From an uncultured Oscillospiraceae bacterium (GTDB lineage Bacteria > Bacillota > Clostridia > Acetivibrionales > DTU013): a DNA stretch of 64,000 bases. The number at the start of each line of letters is the position of its first letter. Position 1 is the stretch's first letter. The position numbers were made by a program, and so were the translations under genes. Shown here piece by piece: positions 9,276-18,340 of this stretch. The stretch covers positions 1,559 through 65,558 of the forward strand of contig CAZBEQ010000012.1 in the NCBI GenBank assembly GCA_964490975.1, in the 5' to 3' direction. Under the pieces are notes generated by a model. That model did not search any database. It was given only the letters and a program-made list of their open reading frames with translations, and was not told the DNA's origin.

Positions 9276-9866
9276 TTATTTTTCCCCCACGACAACAAAC
9301 ATTTCGCTGTTGTCTATTTCTGCTGTTGTATTTAATCCTGCTTGTAAAAAGTAGGTTTTAATCGTGCTTATGTCGGGTAAGTTGTCTTCTGAGACTACCT
9401 CTGAAGAATTTTTGTGCAGGTTGTTTATTTCTTCTCTGCTTTGCGAATGGAAGATAACAAACTTTCCACCCTTCTTCAAGCATTTACTGATAATGCCTAT
9501 AGCCAATTGCTTATCATGAAAATGAGGAAAAACGGAATAACAAATTACAAAATCAAAGAATTCCTTTGGCAAGTCAGCCTCCAAAACATCGCCATAAACA
9601 AAGTCAGTATTTCTATATGAATATTTCTGTTGAGCTACTTCCAGCATTTTCTCGGACATATCGATTGCAATGATTTTGCCTTCTTCTCCAGCCCGTTCGG
9701 ATAAGAAAGGTATAAGTATACCCGTTCCTGTCCCTACATCAAGTATCTTTGCTCCGTTCTTAATGCTGAGCAAGTCCAAAACATATTCGATTTTATTTGC
9801 ATCATGCGTGCAAACAGTATCCCATCTATCAGCCATCAAATTAAAGAATTCCCTTTGAGAAATCAA
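9276..9866 (-). CDS. Class I SAM-dependent methyltransferase
   Basis: 196 aa with a TTG start. N-terminal REFFNLMADRWD and SAM motif ILDVGTGTGILIPFL. Confidence 0.85.
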   Translation of the reverse strand: MISQREFFNLMADRWDTVCTHDANKIEYVLDLLSIKNGAKILDVGTGTGILIPFLSERAGEEGKIIAIDMSEKMLEVAQQKYSYRNTDFVYGDVLEADLPKEFFDFVICYSVFPHFHDKQLAIGIISKCLKKGGKFVIFHSQSREEINNLHKNSSEVVSEDNLPDISTIKTYFLQAGLNTTAEIDNSEMFVVVGEK

Positions 9867-10108
9867 ACAGTAATACCTTCTCTCTTTACCACAGCCAGAT
9901 AATTTTCCTTACTATTATAGACTGATTGCTATAGAAAAAACACCATAAATTTTATTCCTCAAGATTTTCTGTGGTACCTGCCTGTATTGATATTGATGGA
10001 TCATCGAAAATACATAAGGCAGTTGTTTTCTGCATTCAAAGAATAATTGTATATGTGGGAAATTATTGATACTATTATTGCTATAATCGTTTTTTTAAAG
10101 GAGTAACT

Positions 10109-11533
10109 ATGCTTGATATCAATAAAGCTTCAATTATAGAAATTCAAAAGGAAATGGATGACGGAAACCTTTCTTCCGTTGATTTAATTATGTACTATAT
10201 TGAAAGAATCGCTAAACTTGATAAGGATGGGCCCAAGCTAAATTCTATACTTGAGCTTAATCCTGACCTGATATTTATTGCAGAGGCATTAGATGATGAA
10301 AGACGAAGAAAGGGTAAAAGGGGTCCGATGCATGGTATCCCGGTAATGATTAAGGACAATATAAATACCGGAGATAAAATGCATACCAGCGGAGGGTCAT
10401 TAGCACTTGCCGATTCATTTGCTCCTGAAGATGCTTTTGTTGTGAAGAAACTTCGTGAAGCCGGAGCAATCATCATGGGCAAATCCAATATGACGGAGTT
10501 CGCCAACTTTATGGCTGAGAATATGCCTTCCGGCTATAGTTCCAGAGGCGGACAGGTCCTTAACCCATATGATAACACAAAAGACCCCTCCGGTTCGAGT
10601 TCAGGCTCGGCTGTTGCGGTAACATCCAATTTCTGTACAGTAGCAGTTGGTACTGAAACTGATGGCTCTATTTTAAGTCCAGCGTGTGTAAATTGTATTG
10701 TAGGCATAAAACCTACAGTTGGGCTGATCAGCAGAAGCGGCATTATTCCTATCAGCCACAGCCAGGATACTGCAGGCCCTATGGCAAAAACAGTCTCGGA
10801 TGCTGCGGTTCTATTAAGCGCTATGATCGGGACAGATGAAAAAGATCCTGCTACCTGGAGAAGTGAAAGTGTTCAGCCGGAACAATTATTGGATGCTGTT
10901 AATAACCCGGATATAGAGGGCTTGCGAATTGGAGTAAGCATAGTTTATTATGAAATGGCTACTCCTGAACAGCGGCAAATACTGGATGAAGCAATAGAGG
11001 TAATGCAGCAAAAGGGAGCTGTCATTATAAAACAGGATAAGCTATCACAAGTTCTTCCGGGTGAAGAGTCATCTGTTTTAGGGCATGAGTTCAAATCAGG
11101 GATCAACTATTATTTATCAAAACTGGGACATCAAAAAATAAAAACGCTTTCCGATATTATAGAATTTAACAAAGCACATGCAGATGAGACACTTAAATAT
11201 GGACAGCAAATATTTGAATGGTCTGAGGAAACAAGTGGAACCCTTACTGAAAGCAAGTATATTAATGATAGGATACGTGATATTGATTTTACAAGAAAAA
11301 ACGGTATAGATAAATTAACGGATGAATATAAGCTGGATGCACTTATGTTTCTTGAGCCTACAAGTCTTGCGGCTGTTTCCGGCTATCCATCGATTATTGT
11401 ACCTGCCGGTATAGATAACGGTACGCCATACGGAGTTCAATTTATCGGGAAACCGTTTAGTGAACCAACAATAATTAAACTGGGCTATGTATATGAACAA
11501 GAGACAAAACACCGCATCGAACCAACGCTATAA
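10109..11533 (+). CDS. Amidase-signature family amidase
   Basis: 474 aa. The amidase signature region reads GGSSSGSAVAVTSNFCTVAVGTETDGSI, with a Ser-cisSer-Lys context. AAGGAG RBS. Confidence 0.9.
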   Translation: MLDINKASIIEIQKEMDDGNLSSVDLIMYYIERIAKLDKDGPKLNSILELNPDLIFIAEALDDERRRKGKRGPMHGIPVMIKDNINTGDKMHTSGGSLALADSFAPEDAFVVKKLREAGAIIMGKSNMTEFANFMAENMPSGYSSRGGQVLNPYDNTKDPSGSSSGSAVAVTSNFCTVAVGTETDGSILSPACVNCIVGIKPTVGLISRSGIIPISHSQDTAGPMAKTVSDAAVLLSAMIGTDEKDPATWRSESVQPEQLLDAVNNPDIEGLRIGVSIVYYEMATPEQRQILDEAIEVMQQKGAVIIKQDKLSQVLPGEESSVLGHEFKSGINYYLSKLGHQKIKTLSDIIEFNKAHADETLKYGQQIFEWSEETSGTLTESKYINDRIRDIDFTRKNGIDKLTDEYKLDALMFLEPTSLAAVSGYPSIIVPAGIDNGTPYGVQFIGKPFSEPTIIKLGYVYEQETKHRIEPTL

Positions 11534-11617
11534 TATACTTGCGGAAAGAGTATTTTTTGCTTAATTTGCGCCAGTTAAAATTTGAAAAATCTTAACTTTT
11601 TCTGTCTCTTAACTTTG

Positions 11618-11665
11618 AAACACCTCTTCATACTGGAATAAAAACCAGTGAAGAGGTGTTTTATG
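11618..11665 (+). terminator. Rho-independent terminator downstream of the amidase gene
   Basis: AAACACCTCTTCA (11618-11630) pairs with TGAAGAGGTGTTT (11649-11661) and is followed by a T-run. Confidence 0.7.
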
Positions 11666-11700
11666 TTGCAAACAAACAGAAGGCTCAATAGAAGAAGTAA

Positions 11701-12041
11701 GAGAAAAAGAAAAAATGGCTTATGGAAAACGCTCATGAATATGGCTTTATTTTGAGATATCCTAAAGATAAGTCCGAAATTACGAAAATAAGCTATGAGC
11801 CCTGGCATTATCGATATATTGGCCTTCCAAACTCGTATTACTGTTACGAAAACAATTTGTGCCTTGAAGAATATATGGATTTTTATCAAAAGGTGGCAGC
11901 TATTCTATGTCTATTGACAAAACAGACTATACTGTATATTATGCAACTGAAAACGATGGTTTAATCGATGTTCCGGCTGACAAAAGCTGCAAGGTCTTGC
12001 CCGACAACACGGACGGGTACGTTGTTATGGTAAAGGGGTGA
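11701..12041 (+). pseudogene. VanY-type D-alanyl-D-alanine carboxypeptidase (M15B), 5'-truncated and frameshifted
   Basis: The fragment starts mid-domain at KWLMENAHEYGFILRYPKDKSEITKISYEPWHYRYIG (the EPWHxRYxG motif). No N-terminal half is present, and a terminator lies directly upstream. The C-terminal tail GGSYSMSIDKTDYTVYYATENDG...VVMVKG continues in another frame from about 11892. Confidence 0.65.
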
Positions 12042-12045
12042 GTTT

Positions 12046-12498
12046 TTGGACTATAACGTATTGATATGTGATGACGACAAGGACATATTGAATGCACTGG
12101 AAATATACCTGAAGCAGGACGGATACAATGTGATAAAGGCAGAAAATGGAATACAGGCTTTGAAAATACTAAAAGTATCCGTTGTACACCTGATCCTGCT
12201 TGACGTAATGATGCCGCAAATGGATGGTATAATGACTGCCGTGAAAATCCGCGAGGACAACATCAACATACCGATCATATTTTTGAACGCGAAAAGTGAG
12301 GATACAGACCGGGTTTTAGGCCTCAATATGGGCGGAGACGATTACATAACAAAACCCTTCAATACCGTCGAACTGCTTGCCAGAGTAAAAGCGCATCTGC
12401 GGCGTTATGCCAGATTGGGCGGCCTTGCGGGACAAGCCACGGAGTCGCAAGAGTCCTGGAACATATATACAACAGGTGACCTTGTTTCAGCAGGTTGA
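12046..12498 (+). pseudogene. OmpR-family response regulator lacking its winged-helix DNA-binding domain (deletion)
   Basis: The receiver domain is complete (DDDKDI...LDVMMPQMDG...DDYITKPF...LLARVKAHLRRY). The ORF stops after about 150 aa, right at the start of the expected effector domain (..IYTTGDLV..). About 85 aa are missing. Confidence 0.6.
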
Positions 12499-13528
12499 TG
12501 AGTATGCCCATGAGAATCCTGGCGTTTCCTTTGGCAGCCTACATTCTTTTTGCATTTTGGCTTGTAAGACTGATTGTTTTCCTGCAAACAGGCAAAAAGT
12601 ACAAAAAAATATCCTGGTATAAATTCTACAAGCAGTTTCCAATCAAACAGCCTGTTTCTGTTTTTGTCACATGCATTTCACTGATGTCGTTTATATATTT
12701 GCTTTTGATATAAATGCAGGAACTATTTTTTTGACATTATCTCATTTTGTCTTAGCAACGGTATTAGCTGAATATCTGTCAAGGTTTTCGGAAGCAAGAG
12801 CCGCCCAATTTGAGAAAATCGCAGAGGACAGGCTGAAAGCAGAGAGGTTAAAAACCGAGCTTATTGCCAATGTATCTCATGATATAAAAACACCTATTAC
12901 TTCCATAATAAGCTATGCTGACCTTATCAGCAGGCAAAGTACCGAAAACGAGCTGCTGAAGGAATACACTTCGGTGATACGCACAAAGTCGTTGAGACTG
13001 AAGTCATTGATGGAGGATCTGATCGAAGCCAGCAAAGCCGGAACCGGCAATATAAAAATGACGATGGAGACCATTAATTTTTGTGAGCTTTTGGGGCAGA
13101 TCATGGGGGAGTTTGACGAGCAGATGGATAAAAATCAGCTTCAGCTCATAGCGAAAATTCCCGAGACAGCAGTGAGTATTCAAACTGATGGAAGGTATTT
13201 GTGGAGGGTCCTGGAGAATGTATTTTCCAATGCGGTCAAATACTCCATGAGCGGGACACGGGTGTATGCTGATCTGTCAAGCACAGGCGATATGCATATT
13301 TTCACATTGAAGAACATATCAAAGGACCCGTTGAATATTTCTACAGACGAACTCACCGAACAGTTCGTCAGGGGTGACCGCGCCCGTTATACCGAGGGCA
13401 ACGGACTTGGGCTTTACATTGCCAAGAGCCTGACCGAAGCAATGGGCGGACAGTTCAGCATAAACATAACCGGTGATCTGTTTGAAGTACAGATATGCTT
13501 TAAATATGCATGCTGTCGGATACATTGA
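12495..13528 (+). pseudogene. Sensor histidine kinase split by a frameshift
   Basis: The N-terminal TM part (12495-12713) and the kinase core (12671-13528) lie in different frames. The core carries the H-box ELIANVSHDIKTPITSI, the N-box NAVKYS and the G-box GNGLGLYIAKS. Joined, they would give an HK of about 344 aa. Confidence 0.6.
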
Positions 13529-13587
13529 TGATCCATTTATGCTTGTCAGCATTTTTTACCCCGGTTTGTACGACGTAATTGCCGGTA

Positions 13588-13668
13588 TCATCCCGCGAGC
13601 TCGGCGCGCCGCCTGCTGAAAAAAACTAATGAGATAAGGCATAAGATGCCTATAAATGCCGCTTTCAT
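13588..13668 (-). CDS. Candidate 26-aa hydrophobic small protein
   Basis: GGAGG (13675-13679) lies 6 nt upstream of an ATG. The translation is MKAAFIGILCLISLVFFSRRRAELAG: one TM-like segment followed by a basic tail. It is below the ORF-track cut-off, so this is speculative. Confidence 0.25.
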   Translation of the reverse strand: MKAAFIGILCLISLVFFSRRRAELAG

Positions 13669-13846
13669 ATACTGCCTCCAATCTCAATTTTATGCTTCTT
13701 ATATTCTAATACTTAGTGATATTTATCCATATTTGAAAATTGCGGACTTTCTTACAGATTATTGCTGTTTTTTGTCAAAAAAGGTATGCTTTTCACAATG
13801 AAGGCCAGCAATTGCTGGATTTGAGAAATCGCAAGCAGAGATGTGC

Positions 13847-13925
13847 TTGACTATATTCACAAAATGATATACAATACTATTGTATCATGTATACATGGTA
13901 CAATAGTATTGTATATCATTTTGTG
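13847..13925 (+). promoter_or_regulatory. Promoter of the LarA-like operon overlapped by a 68-bp near-perfect palindrome (candidate GntR operator array)
   Basis: TTGACT (13847-13852), a 17-nt spacer and TACAAT (13870-13875). The palindrome at 13858-13925 has 33 of 34 positions complementary. It contains two 15-bp sub-palindromes, TACAATACTATTGTA (13870-13884) and TACAATAGTATTGTA (13899-13913), plus a central CATGTATACATG. Confidence 0.65.
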
Positions 13926-13937
13926 AGGGTGATTTAA

Positions 13938-15212
13938 TTGCAAACAATTAGAATTCCTTATTACACATCTCATCTGGATCTACATGTTGACGAAAATAAC
14001 CTCGAAGCTGTTTTACTGCCCAAAATGCACGAATATAAAACTGAAAAGACAGAGCAGGAAATTATTCGTGATGCTTTGGCAAATCCTATCGGTTCAAAAA
14101 CATTGGTGGAAATTGCGAAAGGCAAGAAGCGCATAACATTGGTTACAAGCGATCACACAAGAGCAGTTCCGAGTAAAATCACTCTGCCGATACTACTTGA
14201 AGAAATACGTAAGGGCAGCCCGGATGCTGAGATCACTATTCTGATTGCTACCGGCCTTCACAGGGCAACTACAGAAGCCGAACAAAGAAAAATGTTCGGG
14301 GATGTAATTGTTGATAATGAGAAGATTGTCGTTCATGATGCTTTTAAAGAAGAGGACATGAGGAAAATCTGCACATTGCCATCCGGCGCAGAGTTTGTGG
14401 TTAACCATCTGGCGGTAGACTGTGATTTGCTTTTGACAGAGGGCTTTATAGAGCCACACTTTTTTGCCGGATTTTCAGGCGGAAGGAAAAGCATATTGCC
14501 GGGAATCTGTTCCAAGGAAACTGTAAATGAAAACCATTCATACAAAGCTATAGCTCATCCAAAGGCTGCCGCAGGTGTTACTGACGGGAATCCTATTCAT
14601 GAAGACATGTTATATGCCGCACGTAAGGTAAATGTTCAGTTTACATTTAATGTTGCATTGGATGGGAACAAAAAAATTATTGCTGCATTTGCAGGTGAAT
14701 TGGCCGAATCACATAAGCAGGGCAGCGAGTTTATAAGAAAATTATCGCAGGTCCGGAAGGTTACAGGAGATATAGTAGTTACCAGTAACGGAGGATACCC
14801 GCTTGACCAGAATCTTTACCAGTCACCCAAGGCTGTAGCTACTGCAGAGGTGTGCGCAGGGGATGACGGCATTATTATAATGTGTGCCTCTTGCTTTGAC
14901 GGCATTGGCGGAACACATTTTGAAGAGCTGATGCTTTCCGGCACTATTGATGAAATAACTGAAAAATTATCAAAAATCCCTCCCAGGGAAACTATCCCTG
15001 AACAGTGGTGCGCACAGATATTTTCACGCATTCTTAAAAAGCATAAAATCATACTTGTTACAACATATCTTGACCATGAGCTTGTGCGGAAGGTAAATAT
15101 GATTCCTGCATCAAGCCCTGACGAAGCTCTTGATATTGCCTACGGCATTAAGGGAAGGGATGCCCGCGTTGTTGTAATCCCTGATGGCGTAGCTGTAATG
15201 GCAGTCAATTAA
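13938..15212 (+). CDS. LarA-family nickel-pincer-nucleotide-dependent 2-hydroxyacid racemase/epimerase
   Basis: 424 aa with a TTG start after a GAGGGTG RBS. By my count, SDHTR places D72/R75, GLH places H108, and EPHFFAGFSGGRKSILPG places H174 and K184. NENHS places H200. These are the positions of the catalytic His pair, the cofactor-tethering Lys and the Ni-ligand His of L. plantarum LarA. Confidence 0.9.
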   Translation: MQTIRIPYYTSHLDLHVDENNLEAVLLPKMHEYKTEKTEQEIIRDALANPIGSKTLVEIAKGKKRITLVTSDHTRAVPSKITLPILLEEIRKGSPDAEITILIATGLHRATTEAEQRKMFGDVIVDNEKIVVHDAFKEEDMRKICTLPSGAEFVVNHLAVDCDLLLTEGFIEPHFFAGFSGGRKSILPGICSKETVNENHSYKAIAHPKAAAGVTDGNPIHEDMLYAARKVNVQFTFNVALDGNKKIIAAFAGELAESHKQGSEFIRKLSQVRKVTGDIVVTSNGGYPLDQNLYQSPKAVATAEVCAGDDGIIIMCASCFDGIGGTHFEELMLSGTIDEITEKLSKIPPRETIPEQWCAQIFSRILKKHKIILVTTYLDHELVRKVNMIPASSPDEALDIAYGIKGRDARVVVIPDGVAVMAVN

Positions 15213-15247
15213 TAAATATTAACTTATCATAAAAGGAGGTATGAAAA

Positions 15248-15565
15248 ATGGATCAGAAGCTTGCACTGAGAGTAACTTACAAGGATAACGTTGCTACAAT
15301 ATTTGCAGAAGTTTCGGCCAATACCAGTGTTGAGGTAAGGGATAAGAAAGGCAACAGCGAGGTTATAACCGCAAATGACGACATTCCGTACGGACATAAG
15401 ATTGCGGTTGTTAATATTGCAATCGGAGAAATAATTTTCAAGTATGGAGAGGAAATTGGAGTAGCAACTAAAGAAATTAAAAAAGGTGACTATGTGCATG
15501 TCCACAATCTCGACAGCATGCGCGGACGTGGAGATTTACAGGATAATAGAAAGGGGGATGAGTAG
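15248..15565 (+). CDS. UxaA/SuyA-type dehydratase small subunit (SAF domain)
   Basis: 105 aa with an AGGAGG RBS. The SAF-like N-terminal domain of altronate-dehydratase-family enzymes is encoded here as a separate polypeptide (DDIPYGHKIAV..I..GE.IFKYGE.IG.AT..I.KGDYVH.HN). Confidence 0.8.
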   Translation: MDQKLALRVTYKDNVATIFAEVSANTSVEVRDKKGNSEVITANDDIPYGHKIAVVNIAIGEIIFKYGEEIGVATKEIKKGDYVHVHNLDSMRGRGDLQDNRKGDE

Positions 15566-15567
15566 TT

Positions 15568-16731
15568 ATGCAATTTATGGGATATAAAAGGCCTAACGGG
15601 AAAGTAGGCGCCCGTAATCAAGTGGCGATTATTCCTTCTGTTGTTTGTGCAAATGATGTTGCTCAGGCTATAATGGCTCATACTAAAAACACTGTAGGTT
15701 ATTTTCATCATCAGGGCTGTTGTCAGCTTCCGCCGGATCTTGAACGTGTCACACAAACACTGATAGGTCTGGGATGCAGCCCCAATGTTGGTGCAGCTCT
15801 TGTAGTAAGTCTGGGGTGTGAAGGAACTGATCATGAACGTTTAGTTGAGGAAATAAGAAAGACAGGTAAACCGGTCGAAATCATACGTATTCAGGAATTA
15901 GGTGGTACAAGCCGTGCTATTGCGGCAGGTATTGATGAGGCGCAGAGAATGTCCATAGCTATATCCGGCCAGCAAAGAGAGCTTGTTGATATAAGCAATT
16001 TGGTTATGGCAATTAAATGCGGTGCTTCCGATGCGACTTCAGGTATGGCTTCAAATTGCGTTATCGGATATGTGGCAGATAAGATTGTTGATCTGGGCGG
16101 AACTGTGGTGTTTGGTGAGACCACTGAATTCATCGGCGCGGAGCATATATTGGCAAAAAGAGCAAGAACACCAGAAATAGGACAAAAGATCATTGATATT
16201 GTTGATAAAATGGAAGCAAGGGCAAGATCACTGGGATGTGATATGCGTAAGGGCCAGCCTACCCCGGGAAATATTGCAGGCGGATTGAGCTCCATCGAGG
16301 AAAAATCACTTGGGGCAATAGTTAAATCGGGCACAAGGACAATTGAAGGCGTACTTGAATATTCTGAAATGATTACCGACCATAAGGGGCTTTGGATTAA
16401 GGATACACCCGGACGTGAGCCTGAAATATTGACAGGTATGGCATGTACCGGTGCACAGTGCATGTTGTTTTCAACCGGAAGGGGCGCTCCCCAGGGATTC
16501 CCGACAATGCCCGTAGTAAAAATATGCGGTAATCCAAACACATATGAGAGAATGCAGCATGATATGGACATCAATGCCGGGCTCATTATAAAAGGTGAAA
16601 AGACCATTGAGCAGGTTGGTGAAGAGGCATTTGAGTATATGCTTCGTGTTTTGTCAGGCGAGACAACAAAAAATGAAACTCTCGGTTATTATGGCTCAAT
16701 AGAGATATTCCCGATTGGACCGGTAATATAA
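15568..16731 (+). CDS. UxaA/SuyB-type dehydratase large subunit
   Basis: 387 aa, starting 3 nt after the small-subunit stop. It reads as the altronate/galactarate dehydratase C-terminal catalytic domain (Cys-rich GCxxxG, IKCGASDATSG, LFSTGRGAPQG). Confidence 0.85.
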   Translation: MQFMGYKRPNGKVGARNQVAIIPSVVCANDVAQAIMAHTKNTVGYFHHQGCCQLPPDLERVTQTLIGLGCSPNVGAALVVSLGCEGTDHERLVEEIRKTGKPVEIIRIQELGGTSRAIAAGIDEAQRMSIAISGQQRELVDISNLVMAIKCGASDATSGMASNCVIGYVADKIVDLGGTVVFGETTEFIGAEHILAKRARTPEIGQKIIDIVDKMEARARSLGCDMRKGQPTPGNIAGGLSSIEEKSLGAIVKSGTRTIEGVLEYSEMITDHKGLWIKDTPGREPEILTGMACTGAQCMLFSTGRGAPQGFPTMPVVKICGNPNTYERMQHDMDINAGLIIKGEKTIEQVGEEAFEYMLRVLSGETTKNETLGYYGSIEIFPIGPVI

Positions 16732-16854
16732 TTACTTCTTTATTTTATTTTAGTTTTCTTATACAAGTGCAACATTCCAGCAATTAACACAACAGCTGTA
16801 GAACTTTTTTAAGTATAATTAAAAATACTAGGAAACTAAGAATGGAGGGTTTAT

Positions 16855-18261
16855 ATGGGTCCTGTTCCTGCTTTACTAATAGGTATTGCTTTGCTATTGA
16901 TCCTTGTTATAAAAACTAAAATTCAGGCTTTCCCTGCACTTGTGATCTCCGCTCTTGCAATAGGGCTCCTTTCAGGTCTCAGTGCTGGCGATGCTATTTC
17001 AGCAGTGACTGCCGGATTTGGCAACACAATGACCAGTATTGGTATAGTTATCGGTCTTGGCTGTGTTATGGGCAAGTTCATGGAAAAGAGCGGTGCTGCA
17101 AAGAAAATGGCACTTACTATTCTAAAGCTTGTTGGTATTAAAAAAGCTGATATTGTTTTAGGACTTACAGGTTTTTTGGTATCCATCCCTGTATTTTGTG
17201 ACTCAGGTTTTGTTATCCTTTCTTCTCTTGCAAAGGAATTTTCCAGACTTACTAAAAAATCAATGATACTAATAGGCGGAATGCTTGGCATGGGTCTTTA
17301 TATAACTCACTTCCTTGTTCCGCCAACGCCTGGTCCGCTCGCTGTTGCAAGTACATTTGGCATTGATATCGGCTTGTTTATACTTTGTGGTCTTGCTTTA
17401 TCAATTCCCTTGTTCATCGCTGCAGTCTTCTTCTTCCGATGGATATCAAAGAAATTTGAAGCCATTATCCCTGAGAGAGATGAAGAGGATCTGAAAAAGC
17501 TTTCACCTGAGCAAAGAGAAGTTCTTGCTAAAATTGAAGCTAAACAGGCAAAAGGCCTGGAGTTAACAAGTGAGGACTTTGGCGAGATGCTCAAGGACGA
17601 TACGCTTCCTCCGGCAGGCATATCCTTTGCTACATTGCTCGTTCCTGTACTTCTTATTCTTGCAAATACTATAGCAGATATCGCAAAGCTTGAAGGAACA
17701 GCAGCATATATTTTTGATCTTATCGGTACTCCTGTAACTGCAATATTTATATCGGTTCTTATATCAATATATCTGCTTTCAAGGAAACTCACAAAGGAAG
17801 AATGTATAAAGATAACTGAAGCGGCTCTTGCAGATGCTGGTCTTATAGCGTTTGTAACTGCAGCAGGCGGTTCACTTGGCAATGTTATCAAGGTAACCGG
17901 TGCAGGTACCATAATGGCGGAAGGTATTGTTTCTGCAAGTCTTCCTGTTATTTTCGTCCCATTGCTTGTCGGAACGATCCTTCGTTTCCCGCAGGGCTCA
18001 GGTACTGTTGCTATGATCACCGGTTCTGCGATCTTAGCTCCTATGCTTCCGACATTAGGCATTAACCCGGTAATCGCAGGTCTTGCAATATGTACTACTG
18101 CAATGTGCCCGTCCTATCTTAATGATTCATATTTCTGGGTTGTTACAAGGTTCAGCGGACTGCCTGTGAAAACTTCACTAAAATCGTGGTCTATTGGTAC
18201 AATTTTTATACCCATAGTAGGCTCTATAATACTCATTGCTATAAATGCATTATTCTTTTAG
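16855..18261 (+). CDS. GntP-family (gluconate:H+ symporter family) permease
   Basis: 468 aa and polytopic. The overall pattern and motifs (..FGNTMTSIGIVIGLG..MGKF.E.SGAA..) are typical of GntP permeases. Confidence 0.9.
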   Translation: MGPVPALLIGIALLLILVIKTKIQAFPALVISALAIGLLSGLSAGDAISAVTAGFGNTMTSIGIVIGLGCVMGKFMEKSGAAKKMALTILKLVGIKKADIVLGLTGFLVSIPVFCDSGFVILSSLAKEFSRLTKKSMILIGGMLGMGLYITHFLVPPTPGPLAVASTFGIDIGLFILCGLALSIPLFIAAVFFFRWISKKFEAIIPERDEEDLKKLSPEQREVLAKIEAKQAKGLELTSEDFGEMLKDDTLPPAGISFATLLVPVLLILANTIADIAKLEGTAAYIFDLIGTPVTAIFISVLISIYLLSRKLTKEECIKITEAALADAGLIAFVTAAGGSLGNVIKVTGAGTIMAEGIVSASLPVIFVPLLVGTILRFPQGSGTVAMITGSAILAPMLPTLGINPVIAGLAICTTAMCPSYLNDSYFWVVTRFSGLPVKTSLKSWSIGTIFIPIVGSIILIAINALFF

Positions 18262-18304
18262 GTTGAAAATTAAATTCAGAAGCATTTGTATAAGAGTTTC
18301 ACTT

Positions 18305-18335
18305 CTCCCCCCGGCTATGCCGGGGGGCTTTTTAT
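18305..18335. terminator. Bidirectional rho-independent terminator between the convergent GntP and GntR genes
   Basis: CCCCCCGGC (18307-18315), a TAT loop and GCCGGGGGG (18319-18327), followed by CTTTTTAT. Confidence 0.8.
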
Positions 18336-18340
18336 ATGTA

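Noticed and set aside
13597-13610. Contiguous SacI (GAGCTC) and AscI (GGCGCGCC) sites, plus an SbfI site (CCTGCAGG) at 3098-3105, raised the idea of an engineering scar from modular Clostridium vectors.
   Set aside because: No vector-like sequence, marker, or PmeI/FseI sites are nearby. The SbfI site lies inside a natural-looking gene relic. Chance occurrence in 64 kb is not negligible.
15891-18062. Long antisense ORFs (15891-16607 and 17307-18062, minus strand) inside the dehydratase and GntP genes.
   Set aside because: These are shadow ORFs opposite well-supported genes. They have low-complexity Ser/Pro/Ile-rich translations and no RBS.
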